A DNA stretch of 64,000 nucleotides from Styela clava (Eukaryota), in the NCBI RefSeq assembly GCF_964204865.1, contig NC_135257.1:13454001-13518000 (forward strand), in the 5' to 3' direction. Positions 50,057-63,163 of the stretch are shown here, piece after piece. Position numbers and translations under genes: made by a program. The number at the start of each line of letters is the position of its first letter. Position 1 is the first letter of the stretch. The notes under the pieces are model-generated. The model was not told the DNA's origin. It made no database searches and saw nothing but the letters and a program-made list of their open reading frames with translations.

Positions 50057-53000
50057 CAGTGGCGGCGCGTCAATAAGGCCAATCGCGGCAATGCCCCGGT
50101 TGTTTTTTCGGGATAATAAAAAATATTCGAAAAATACCGCAATATCGGTTGCACAGACTGTCTACACTAGCCATATTCTCCCGACATGGTTCATTTTTCG
50201 CTCGCAAAGCCTTCGCCGAACGTCGACGGGGCGACGCCGATTTTGCCCCGGTTGCTCATTGTATATCGTATTCTCTCTTTTATCTTCCACTCGCCGCGTT
50301 TGTCTCGTTTGTTTTCTGTTTCTTTTACTAAATCATCGCGGCCGATCGGGGCTAGCCCCGAAATTATGACGACACAATGCCGACGTTTCTTACAACAACG
50401 TGTTGACATATTCACGCATTCCTTCTCGTTCGTTGGTTGCTTGAAGAGTTGATAGTTTCCTCGCCTTCGTTTTTGTCGCTTGTTTCCCTATTTGAATCAG
50501 TTAGAGACCTTTAGTCCATTTGCTTTCGATTTTCCACTTTCCTTTTGAGCTCCTCACTTCTTTCCGGCTTCGCATTTCTTAGCCTTAGACCTCATAATGA
50601 ATAAGGTTGATGCACTACTTCGCACTCCGTTTTCGCAGCTGCCGCTGGAACATAAATTAGAGGTACAACGTCTTGGGCCTTATCAACCAAAAAATTGTTC
50701 ACTGGAACAATCCCATGACGGAGGAAAGCGTCGGCGTACATTCTGCGCAGAAACTTGGTATAAAAAACACGAATGGTTGTGTTACAGCGAGGACAAAAAT
50801 GCACTTTTTTGTTTTCATTGCCTACTTTTTGCTACCGCCCGTGACTCACGTTGGTGTAAATTTGGTTTTAGAGATCTTAAACATCTTTCCGAGCGTGCCA
50901 ACTGCCAGGGATCATCAATCTTCTATGGAGCATCTGGACAATGCAGTAAAATACCGAACATTCGGGAATGTTAATATTGCAACACAGTTGGATGAAGGAC
51001 GCGCGGTTTCTATTCGTCGGCACAACCAAAACGTCCAGAAAAACCGCCATGTTCTCGGTCGATTGATAGATGTTTTGAAGTTCATTGGTTGTCACGAGCT
51101 GTCCCTCCGTGGGCACGATGAACGGGCTGGCTCTTCTAATAGAGGGGGATTTTTGGATATGGTGGAATACACCGCATCCCTAGATACAGTATTGAGAGAT
51201 CATCTTGATGCCGCAACTGTTTCGAAAGGGACATCTAAGGATATCCAAAATGATTTGCTCGACTCAATGTATAAAATTTATTTACAACATTTGGCTCTGG
51301 AAATTGAGAATTGCCAGTTCCTTTCGATTCAGTCTGACGAGACAACTGACATCACGTGCGTTTCCCAACTGGCTGTGATTTTTCGGTTTGGGAAAGATGG
51401 TAAACCTACCGAGAGATTTCACAGCTTTGTACCAATCGTTGATCGCACGGCTTGCGGGATATCGGCTGTACTGAAAGAAGTGTTACAGCCTTACAACGCG
51501 AAGTCAAAATTGATAGCTCAAACTTATGACGGCGCGGCAGTCATGAGTGGGTCGAAACATGGTGTTCAAGTTTATATAAAAGAAAATTTTCCTCATGCGC
51601 ATTTTTTATATTGTTATGCACCCCAATTTAACCTCGTTATTAAAAATATGTGTCTTGATACCCCTCTCGTCCGTATATTTTTTGCAAATGTTTCGGGGTT
51701 TTCTTCATTTTTTTCCGTTTCGCCGAAGCGCTCTGACCTCCTTCGCCAGATATGTAGCCGCCGTCTCCCAGCTTGTGCACCAACACGTTGGAACTTCCAA
51801 TCACGCGTGGTGCAGGGCGTGTCCGAAATTAGGTCTGAGCTCATTGAGTGTTTCAATGGCATTCAGAGCTCTCCGGTTTGGGACGAACGCTCTGTGAGGG
51901 AGGCAGGTCTAAAGCGTCTGCTAGAAGATGGTGAGTTTTCATTTTTTCTCGCTTTTTTTCTCCACAATATTCTATCACGTGGATGTATTATACGGCGCAT
52001 TGCAGTCAAGGCTAATGGATGAAGCGTCTGTGCAGTCGTGTATTTCAGACTTCTGCGATGCTGTATCTCGTATCCGGGAAACAAAATACGACGACACATG
52101 GAGTGCTTCTTTACGCCGCGGGCAAACAACGCAGCGTTTGATTTTGTCTGCAAAGGAATGCTGTGACATTCTGGTGAATCAAATAGGCGATCGTCTGCGC
52201 ACTGAACACCTTGCCGCGTTCTCTTTGATGAACCCCAACAATTTTTCAAAATTTGCACGTCAATTTCCCATCCATTTGTTGGCTACTGTCTCCAAATTTT
52301 ACCCCATGATAAACGTGGGTAAATTGGAAAATGAATTGCGATGTATATACACCAATCAAACTTTTTTGAACATCACATCAACTTGCGCGCTCTATGGGTT
52401 CCTCATAGATAACACTCTAGTAACTACCTTTGCGGCGTCTGCAAAATTTCTTGACATCATTTTGACGACGCCTATTTCTTCAGCCGACGCAGAGCGAACA
52501 TTCAGCACGCTGAAGCGTATTAAAACGTATCTCAGAAACACAATGAAGCAAGATAGATTAAATTCCTTGGCTGTTTTATCCATTCACAGAGACGTTATTT
52601 CTGGGATGCATGACTTTAATCAGCGCGTTATTGAGCATTTTGCTTGCAAGAAACCGCGGCGTGTTGCATATATGTTCAAGCAGTAGAAGTCTAGCAGCAT
52701 ATATATCTATGAGTGAGCGACGCATGTCCTTATCTTTGCATTAACTTTCCTTTCTTCATAGTAACGTTTTAAACCTTATTTTAGGTTTTGTCTGCTTTCC
52801 CGAAGTTTCTGTTAATATGTCATTGTATTTATCTGGGTAAATATTGCCTTTCCTTTTGAAAGAGGTTTCAAAATAAACTATGTCTATATTTATTAATCCC
52901 TTGACTTGGACCGGTTTTAAAGACACTTTCTTATCGTTAAAAATTGTCGCTTTTGCCGATTGGTTGTTACCGATGGAATGGTTTTTATACTCATCAAATG

Positions 53001-53099
53001 ATGGGAGAACTTACAGCGCTCATCCTGTCCCCGTAGATGGGGGTGACGTGGTCCCGCAGTAGCTTGCCCCGGTTGTCAAATGACCACGCGCCGCCACTG
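50057..53099 (+). mobile_element. Full-length hAT DNA transposon (ZMYM1/Tip100-like)
   Basis: TIRs cagtggcggcgcgt / acgcgccgccactg. Perfect 8-bp TSD GTAAATAC at 50049-56 and 53100-07. tgccccggttg subterminal motif at both ends. Confidence 0.95.
50597..52686 (+). pseudogene. hAT transposase with two frameshifts
   Basis: TTF-type finger (WLCYSEDKNALFCFHCLLF), LRGHDE, SDETTD, QTYDGAAVMSG, TRWN, dimerisation domain ERTFSTLKRIKTYLRNTMKQDRLNSLAVLSI. Frameshifts near 50901 and 51955. Confidence 0.92.
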
Positions 53100-54459
53100 G
53101 TAAATACATCTTTAGAGTTATTATTTTGAAATCTTGGGCAAATAAAACAGCATAAAATTGTAAGTTGTTAATTACCTGAAATCTTTTGCCATTGTATATT
53201 TCTGTTGAGCCTCTTGGTATTCATATTGACCAACATTGGCATGGCAGGATGGTTGGTTGAGTCTATTGCCGATATACATTATCCAGTCAAGGGCTTCCAG
53301 CATTTTCAACTCGCAAAAATACTATTATAGCTCGTTTTTACAGCAATTTAATTTTATGATTTATTAATCATTCTAATAATATCGTATTATATCATCAGGC
53401 ATAACATTAGAGATTTGTTTGAATTTGATAAAAAATATTTATAATAGGGATGTTATGACTATTTGAAATACCCTATTACAACAGAACTTTATGGAAATTG
53501 AATATTCCAGTTCAAACTTGTGCATAAGATTTCATCTGACAGTTTGTCAGAATAGTAATTAGCAACTTTCAATAAAAACTGAAAATCAATTTGCCCTTGA
53601 GCATACATATATACTTACTGATTACATATTACGCACTGATAATCATTTTCAAATAAACATTGTCCTAACGCACCTGAAAATTAATGATTAAGTTTTTTTT
53701 TTGCATTAGTCCATGCTCTTTTGCAAATCTTGTTGTCAAAATATCGAAACTGCATCATGCGAACTTCTGTCATAAATTATGGGATTACTGAAAACATATC
53801 GAAGGTCGAAGCAAACACTTCCGCATTTAGACATATGTGCATAGTTAATGTGAGTATCAATGTTGGTAAATCCATTGGAAGGCCTGGAAAAGAAAATCAT
53901 ATTTCAGATCCTGTATATTATTGTATAATATAGTTATTTGATGAATACCGCTACCTCTGTTGGCCGATTGTTTAGTAACCTTTGCAGACTGTGCCTAAAT
54001 TTGGACATGTATTACTCAAATTGTTTATTTTTATTTCATGCATGTTTATGCATTATTCCGAAGCTTGAAATGTCCATACCAATGATAATCACTTAAAACA
54101 TACTTTACACTTACAATTTGTAAGATGTCTTAATTTTTAATAAACGAATAATTTACTTATGAAGAAATGAAAGTTTGTCTGAAACACAATCATTCGCGAG
54201 TAAAGATGTGCGCGGGTACAAATGTACGTGGGTGAAAATGTTTGCAGGTGCAGATGTACATGGGTGCAATCCAGTGCCGGATATAAACGACGTTTCACGG
54301 TTGTGTAAAATTTCTTAACTTGGACGAAATTCTTGTTACAGGCAAAATAGTACGCTAATCACGGATGAGGTTGAAATTTATTTGAAAACACTGATTTCAT
54401 AAGGGTATATCGCTTGATAAATCGTCACTAGAATTCATAAATAAACAATATAACTTGTG

Positions 54460-55046
54460 GGGCTGGGAATTTCAGGGAAAACACGTTAACTGTTAAACCG
54501 GGTAAAATTAACCGGTTAATCGCAGAGTGATGTTTCACGCATCGAGGTAGTTTCATAATCGCTCTTCTACAAGAGTGGTTCGGACATTTGAAAGTATTTT
54601 AGTAAAACCCGACCCCGTTATTGAATGTCATTTATGTGACGAATATTCAGTGCCTGATGTGCAGATTCTACTTTGAGATATCATAAAGAAAAACAGCATC
54701 AGCTGTACACGTGTTGGATGACATTAAATATATATACGATTTTGCAATAAAATCGTTGATAATGTGTTTCGACCTAAAACTGATTCTGAATTTATCATTG
54801 TCAAATTTTCATAATCAGCAATCCTGATACTTTAATTATTCTCACAACTATTGGGTCATTATCGATACAGTTAGTGATATTCTTTTGAATTAAATGCCAC
54901 ACGAGATAAAATTTAGATGACGTAATCATTTTTGAAAGACTTGTACATTATAAAGACGATTTGCACTTGAGATGTCAGTTAACGGTTAAAAAAATCGTAA
55001 CCGTTAACCATCTAAAATCGATTAACCGGTTAACCATTCCCAGCCC
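54460..55046. mobile_element. MITE with ttaaccggttaa subterminal repeats
   Basis: TIRs gggctgggaat / attcccagccc. Repeated ttaac(c)ggttaa near both ends. TSD unclear. Confidence 0.6.
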
Positions 55047-55679
55047 TTAATATAAGATGTAAAAGAAATATGCAATAAATCTTTGGTTGATTTAAATTTT
55101 AAGACATAAGTAAATAACGAATAGGTTTTGGCAAATAGCCAGAAATTATCAAATTGAAAAGAAACATTAAATTGATTAAAAAATTAATTGGAATCCATGT
55201 CGATAATGATAATACGACGAATACTGTATTTTAAAATGCGGGCGCTTTTGACAAAGTGGCAAATAAAACCTACGAGTCCGAAAATTGGATGCTTAATATG
55301 CTTGAGGCAATTTAAACTAAAAAATTTAGCGATATTTTAGAGCGTCTTGTTATAATATTACTCTATCGGATATATTGCGTTTTGAAAGGTTTTAAAACCA
55401 AAGTAGAGTATATCGTGATCAGGATGGCAAATGAATGTTCGTTTAACAAATTTTGTAATAGTTAGAAATAGAACTCTTTTTTTAATAGAAACTAATGGGG
55501 GGAGAACCATATGCAGATAGAATATTGAGGGATAAAATGTCAGAGTGTAATAAGAACTACAACAGAAATATCGATGGGGTGAAATTTCGGCTTCATAACA
55601 CTTTAAGTTTATTTATCATTGTGTTATTTCTGTCACTTTTATCCATCCTAATTCTAATCAGATATTTTCTTCACAGAGA

Positions 55680-58600
55680 ATGTTCCACTTGAGGACGAAA
55701 AGAAAAATCATTTATACTATTCTAGCATGTGTTCCATTTGCCTTGTTACACTTCATCATCAATAGCAAATTTGCTGATAAAGACAAAAAGTCCTTTTTCG
55801 TGAAAGATACAAGCAAAGAAGATTCGTACGAAGATTTAAACAACGTCAATCGCGAAGAATTGTATTATAGAGTTATGCGTGAAGCAGAAGTGGCATTTCA
55901 GGCCCAAAAGTTGAACTTGACAGTAAAATCTTTTTATAATGATATTTTTCAATTAAGCGACAGCAGAGTTAAATTCTATAGACGCAAAAACTATGACGAA
56001 GTTGAAAATTCATTAGTAAACAAGAGCAGAGTTGAAGATTCGTTCCTAAAATATTTCCCGATGTCTCCAGAAGGTACGGACATATTTGAACTCGCTTCTG
56101 ATAATAATATATGTTCGAATTTGTCAATTTGATGTGGCTTGAATATTTATCAGATTTTCGTAATTGCAATATGTGTACTGTAGAAAGAAAATGCATTTTA
56201 GAGCTTTGTATTCGTTTTGTAATGATCAATCAGAAATGTTATTTGTAATTGTAGTGAGTAATCCCATCATTCCGCCATGTCGCGGGATTGCAGAGGGCTA
56301 TTACGCCTTCGGGTATGAAACAATGCAAACAAAAAAGAAACGATAACCGATCTGTAACTTTCAAAGCTGTACACAAAACAGCGGTTTTACGGCATTGTTG
56401 CATAACAAATTAAAACATTTTATATTGTGGGACCCAATCAAGGACACAACGTGGGACACCATTTGATAAATACTTCTTATTGATTACAGACGCAATCCGT
56501 AGGTTTGGGAGTAAATTACCATACTGGGAGAAATATGAAATTCTAAACTATCCAAAAGTATATTACCTCGGATTGAATGCCAACAAAACTCAATTGAAAG
56601 AAGACGGCAAAAACAATTTTGGATTTGATTTTGATACATTGGTTGAAAACGAATCTGAGGGAAATTATGACGTCAGTGGTCACTATAAAATGGTAAGACA
56701 TAAATATATTAGTTTTGATTATTATTACATGGTGAAGAGAAAACTGCACTTTATATTTTTGCATGTTCTAATCCAGGGGTGCGCAATTACTTTCCAGAGT
56801 GGGCTAGGCTAGTTACACATAATAGACTTGGTTACTAGGCCACAGACTCAAAACTATGAATAAAAACAGTCTATTTACAATAGCAGCTAGGCTAACGTTT
56901 ATATAATAGCAGGAAGCACAATGTGACAATCGGGGTCATTATGACGTTGTTTTTAGCGGGAATTTATAGTATAAAAGTATAGTCGTGATTTCAGCAGACA
57001 CAAGTGGGCCGAATGGAACACTTCGGTGGGCTGGATCCAGCCCGCGGGCCGTAATTTGCCCACCCCTGTTCTAATCTAATCAATTCAATGTTTTTTGTTC
57101 TATTATTTTAAGGTCCCTGGTGATCATATCGGTTACAGATATGAAATTATCAAATACGTTGATACTGGCTATTATTGCGATGTTGTTGTAGCAAGAGACT
57201 GGTCAAATCCAATTTTAAAAAATGTTGCCATTAAAATCATGCGTGTTAGAGGTCACAGGTAACTGAGTCCTAATTAAATACGATAAATCTTTACAGGTAA
57301 ATTTCACTGATATTAATGCATCCGCCGTGGTCGATCTCATGTGCAAAGTTTGTACCCGAAATTTAGAGCAAGAGTTTTTGAAATGGTCACTTCCTTAATA
57401 ACAAAACCCTGATCACCATTCCTGAATCCCGGCAATTAGCGAGAATTTATATATTTCATAAACGCCCATACATTTCGACCAATGAATCAGGGATAGGAAA
57501 AATTGGGTGTTCATTATCTTCGTAGTTTTCTTTCTAACAACCTTGCCCATTGCACAAATTATTAGCCTTGGCATGCTATTTCATTCCAATTATCTATTTG
57601 AAGAACGAGTTCAACTGAGGTCACCAGGGGTCAAAAGGTCACGAAAATCTGAGTGGGGAATCGTATTATCGCTTTGATAGATAAAAAAAAAATGACAGCA
57701 TGGATTAGGTCAAGGTATATATCATCTGTATTATCTTTAAAAGTGCTATGTATGGATGAAATGTCTTTTCCCTCCTTCCGTCACTCTCATATTATTTGGT
57801 TAAAAAAGAACAAAAGGCCACAACTAACATACCACACACCCATTGTTGTGCTCTTCTTAGCTGACCTTTGTAGGCTGGGCGTTTGGCTACGATCAGTAGA
57901 GATTTCCTGCGTTTATGTATAGTTCGCAGATGTTAAATATATCTGGTACATTTACTATGGTAAGTAGCGAAAAACTGACTTTTATTGTTTATCATCATTT
58001 TAATTACCCATAGCCAACGCAAAAACATTTAAATGTGTGATATGCACATTTTCTGGCAATTGGTACTCCGTGCATGTGTCGGCGAAAGTTGTTGACCAGA
58101 CCGTTCTAGTAGAATGTAGATGATTCAAAATGTATAATCTGTCCCGAGACTTCTATTGAGAAAACGTTAGGAACCGAAAATGGACGTGGGATGGGATGGG
58201 ATATGGGATGCACCATCAATTGAGGATGGCGTTGAAAGAAAGCGACTGAAAGTTGTCTGTCACAGTAAATTTTTATATCATCTGAGTAACTCGTGCTACA
58301 AAGCATACACGATAAAATCTCAACTTGAAAGAATTTTAATTTATGTCCGATCTTTGAAAGGGATGCAGATGTTGAAAGAAGTGTTCCAGGGCTGAGGTGC
58401 GAAGCATTTTTTAAGCAAGACGAAAGGGTAGCTAAATATGAGAATGTTCTTAACACACTTTTAAAGTAAAAGTCCTCATATGAACTGAAGGTGAATAGAG
58501 CATTTAGTAAGGCAGGGACTTTATTCGAGGGAACTAGCACTCAATTTATCCTGAATGTCGCACAAAAAAACGAAAATCCTCTTGAAATGCCCCCCTAAAG

Positions 58601-61600
58601 AGAAAAGGCTACACAACATCCTCTCCTCAGTAACGACGTTATGCCCATCGACGTCAAAGAACAACTTCTCCATGTAAAATAAAATGCTGATGAGTCATAC
58701 AAGAAACTTCGAACTGAAAGATTCATAAATGAAAAAATTCGACTTTCATCGTACCAACCTGAAAACAATTACTCCGAGAAAGGTGTACAGAAATTGAGGG
58801 CGAGGCAGCAATTAAGAAAGAAGATGCCCACATGAGACGAAGCTTGCAAATCGCCCAGGAGAAAAGGTTTTATTATGAATGAGCTACTTCAGTGTGATGT
58901 GTGTACAAAGTCCCCTCTACATCATCGACGTTATAAAAAACATTCGCAAACTTCCAAATAAGAATTTCGAAAGATTTGGGCATTTTTCAAATGCATTTTT
59001 GAGTTTTATCGCCTCCTCAACAAAGGGTGCTGAAATAATTGACTTTGAATTTGACTTGTACAAGGAAAGATCGTTGATTCTGAGCGTCAAAGAAGAGCGA
59101 CTGTGGCACCCATAGAAATGCTTTATTGCAAGTCATTTCTACGGACTTAGTGGCGGCATTTTCATTGTTTGTAGGTCAAAGGCGTCTGATGCCACAGTGC
59201 CTTTATCCGACCACAGTGAAAGAAACTGACATGAGATGCAAAGCACGCCGCTAATTAAAGAACAAAACCAAAACATATATATCGTTGTTTTATCATCCGT
59301 TCGGACGTCTTCATCTTGTTTTTCTTACTACCGGAATAAGCTACATAGGGGCGGCCTCAATGAGCTTTGGATTAAAACTGGTGTTAGCAGTTCAACAAGA
59401 ATATTCCTGTGCACATTTTTGCCAGAAAAAATTGGACCTGGTATGTATGATGTCCTTCCTGCTATTCATGCATTAATAACCGGCTGGGAAGGTTTTCTAA
59501 TAAGGGAAGTGACCCTTTTGAAAACTTGTACCCAAATTTCGGGTACAAGTTTTGCACACGAGATCGGCCACAGCTGATACACTATATGCACCTATTATAT
59601 TTTGAAAACATCGCACGTGACACGATGGCACAGAAGGGCCATGTCGTGATTATGTATTCAATAAATGTAAAGCCGACTTTCGTGCATTCACGAACGAATT
59701 TTTCAGTCGGATTCCTAATTTATCGCTAAGTGGTCACTTCACCGACGCTGAATTAATCTTCTTTTAAAGTTTTGTTTTGTGTTTTCAGCACCCTTAGACC
59801 TTTCTGGCAAGAAGTAGGTATGCTGCAGTATCTCAATACCCATGCTTCCGATTTGGATTATTTTACACGCATGTTGGCAACCTTCGAATTTCGCAACCAT
59901 CCCTGTATAGTTTTTGAATTGTTGGGGTTAGTATTAGTCTCAGAAATAAAATACAGTGTATTTTAAAGAAGAGGTATCCTTAATTATTACATTTATTTGT
60001 ATGCTCCCATAATTACATGAGGGAGACCGTGCGCTTTCGGAAAATGTTGTGAAAAAATCTAGTTTGCTACTATTGCATCAATCAATGTCAAATTTTACTA
60101 CTTGAATCCGCTAAAAGGATATATATTCTTTTTTTTCAAGTACGATATTTTACTCAAAATTTTTCTGTTTCATTTAAAATTTAAATCCATTGAACTACTT
60201 TTTATGAAATTTGGCAACACATTTTTCCTAAGCAATTGTTGGCTTATGTCAGGTCGCCGTCACATTTCTCCACCGATCTTTTCAGCAAACTCAACTCAGT
60301 TAAAAAGCTGAGGCGGTACGTGTCCATCCATATATTTGAGCATTGCTCTATTAATCTGATTTACTAAAATGCTTAATGAATAGATAACATGTTATGTATT
60401 TGCTAAACATAGCATGATATCTATTTGGATGCAGAATTATTTTACTTTTACATGCATTTTTTACTTACCAAACTTTAATGTACTTCACAGAGGAACTATT
60501 GACTTAAAATATTTGAAACACTCCGTGCGAAACACAACATTGATACGAAGATATGCAAGTGATGCTTTGCATGGTTTGCGTATTCTCAACAGAATCGGCG
60601 TGTTGCACGGAGATTTTAAACTGGTAAATGCAATATATTGTCACATGCTGAATAATCATTGTTAATTACAATTTTACTATAGTGTGTAATCTGCCCTGAT
60701 AGTGATAATTAGCAACTTTATCTCAATGAGAAACGACACTTTGGAAATTCACTGGTGCATAATGCATCAGTTTTGTGCTCTTGGCATTTGAGTTTTCGCT
60801 AGTAGTGGTTTTTCGTTAGTTTGCTTATATGTCTCTGTGTAGCAACAACACTTGAAACATAAAAGAACTCCATACAAATCCATACTGTTGGTTGTAGTTG
60901 GCTTGTGTATATATGTAAAGATTCTCTGATCACTAATAACTATAGTGCCTGAATATGTATATATTTATATATATTCTCTATGATTAAGCTTGCAAGATTA
61001 TTCGCTAATCCATCCAAGTTCGCGTTGCTATTAACTAATATTGTCTGCTTATTTGGTAATATGCGCTAAAAGTTTATAAAACGGGTCGAGGCTTGAGACA
61101 AAGAGCCGCGATGACATTGGGTGCGAAACTGTCTCAAGGCCAGCTTCTTTTGATAATAGCAGAAAAAAATATACGCTGTGCTAAAACATAGCGGGAATTA
61201 AATTTTTCTATATGTTTTCAGCATAACCTGATGTATATTCATGGAAAAAATAATGAAAGCAATGGACAATTGATAAAAATAGGGGATTTTGGAGGAAGCT
61301 GCGTTGTTGGTCAACCAAGTATGTCTTTCTGAGATTATGATATTAAAAGTTATATCATTAGATTTTTGGTGCACAAAGTTCATGAATATAACGAATTTTT
61401 AAACTATTGTTAGAATGAACTAAAAAAATGATATGAAATGCTTATGAAACTGAATTTTTATCTTTTTATAGAATGTGGAATTCGGTATTACTTTATTACT
61501 CGAGCCTATCGTGCTCCTGAAATAATTTTCAACCTTCAACACACAACTCAGATTGACATGTTCAGTTTTGGGGTTTGGCTGGCAGAACTGTTTTTGGGTC

Positions 61601-63163
61601 AGCCCCCATTTTATGGTGAAGATAATGAGGAAGATCATTTAGGAGCAATGATGGAAGTACTCGGGCTTCCTCCAAGTCATATGATTGCAAAGTCACCTAG
61701 GAAGCACATATACTGGGGTAACTACATTGATAAACTTTATCTAGGCCAGTGGTTCTCAACCTTTTATGGCTCGTGGCCCCCTGTTCTCCATTCCAAAAAC
61801 ATTAACGTGTTGGATTGTATTATGTTTTTATTACCTTTTACGGAATGCAAAAGCAAACCACGGACAAGAAAGTAAGAGTTTTCTAGTATACAATCAATGG
61901 GAATCGCTCGGGACTGTCTGACGAATAACGAATAAGTTGCAAATCGCAACTTGCGACAAATGAACTAGCAGTGAAGAAGCTTTCTTTCTTAGTAGTGGGT
62001 AAGAATTTGATATGCCACCTCAAAGTTGCATTCAAAAGCGGGCTTTTCCTCCGGCGAAACTCGAACTTGGCCAATGTTGCCTTATTGTCAATCTAATTTG
62101 CTTGGCAGCCAAGAATATCAACGCTTTCACCCGGTGATGATTTTTGTCACGGTGATTTTGGAGTTTAGATGGACTTAATGATTCATTGCTCATTACATTC
62201 GAGAAATGCAAGTATTGAGGACATTCTCTGTCATCTCGATTTACTTTGGTAAAACCAAAGTAAATGTCGTTCCATTTTCGTATTTTGGCCATTAGGAATT
62301 TTTACAAATGGGTTATTCCGTCTATAGTACGATAGCGAAGGTTATCTCGCAGTCTAGTGAAACTACAGGTTAGACGGCCTACCAGCGAACTATTTTGATT
62401 GGTAGATTGCAAATTCCATTATGATCAAACAATTCACACACAAGAAAGTGAATACATATTAACCTATTCAGGCACTTAAACTGCGGCGAACACCTCAACA
62501 GAGAATTTTATTATAAAAGGAAAGTGTGCAAACGAAATCGTTTTAGGATCAATTATTAGCCTTGTGTCATTCATTGGCCCATTGTGTCATTCATGGCCCC
62601 CCTTGAACTTGGGATTCAGGGATTTTCCAACCTAATTATTTCTTTTGAATTTTCATCTTTGCTTTCTTTATATATATGTTTGTCTAGATGCCTTTCGACA
62701 CAAAATTCACGATAAAGGAACGTATCGAAGGCCTTATAGTAGACCATTGTTGAAAGTTTTGGAAGGAATGGACTTCGTGTTAATTGACCTGATTTGCAGA
62801 TGCCTCGAGTAAGTTTTGTTGAAAATCATTTAAAACGTTGTGTATTTTGTTTGTGATTGGGTTTCGTACGTTTGAATGTAAAAAAAAGAAAACATTTGTG
62901 TATGTCTAGTCACCTCATAGATCAGACTACATATTTTTTTTGTGCTTTTCCGTGCGTACTTATCCAGATACTATGTTATGGCGACACCATAAAATTAAGT
63001 TTAGGATCTAAGAACTTGGTGATTCATAAACCTCATGTACAGATGGGACCCTAACCTACGCATAACACCTGAAGAAGCACTTCGTCATCCTTCTATGACT
63101 GGAGTAGAGAAAGATTTGGAAGAATATCCAATAGTCATCCAACGATTTCTAGGGAAAATTTAA
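55680..63163 (+). CDS. Divergent class-2 DYRK (DYRK2/3/4)-like kinase with an N-terminal signal anchor; 9 coding exons
   Basis: Exons 55680-56073, 56490-56692, 57113-57258, 59789-59926, 60491-60623, 61222-61318, 61472-61717, 62688-62808 and 63043-63163 join in frame via GT-AG. Motifs: NAPA-like PMSPEDAI...EILNYPKVYYLG, GHYKMVPGDHIGYRYE, VAIK, QEV, HGDFKLHN, DFG, YRAPE, IDMFSFG, RCLEWDPNLRITPEEALRHP. Confidence 0.88.
56774..57068. mobile_element. hAT (Charlie-like) MITE in kinase intron 2
   Basis: TIRs caggggtgcgcaa / ttgcccacccctg. Perfect 8-bp TSD TTCTAATC. Confidence 0.88.
57436..59729 (+). mobile_element. Decayed Academ-like (XPG-containing) DNA transposon in kinase intron 3
   Basis: Frame-broken remnants KCIICP, YHLSNSCYKAYT and LWIKTG...EKIGPGMYDVLPAIHAL.TG (XPG/H3TH-like). 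Possible TIRs ttagcgagaattta / taatttatcgctaa. No TSD confirmed. Confidence 0.45.
61747..62605 (-). mobile_element. Truncated hAT Buster/Charlie element with a decayed transposase N-terminus, in kinase intron 7
   Basis: Terminus cagtggttctcaacc...ggccccc. MAKIRKWNDIYFGFT...CPQ...VMSNESLSPSKLQNH resembles the ZBED5/8 Buster BED-finger region. Confidence 0.7.

Noticed and set aside
54196-54270. Short ~16-bp tandem motif (atgt.cg.gggt.caa)
   Set aside because: Probably a degraded transposon subterminal repeat; no partner end or TSD found.
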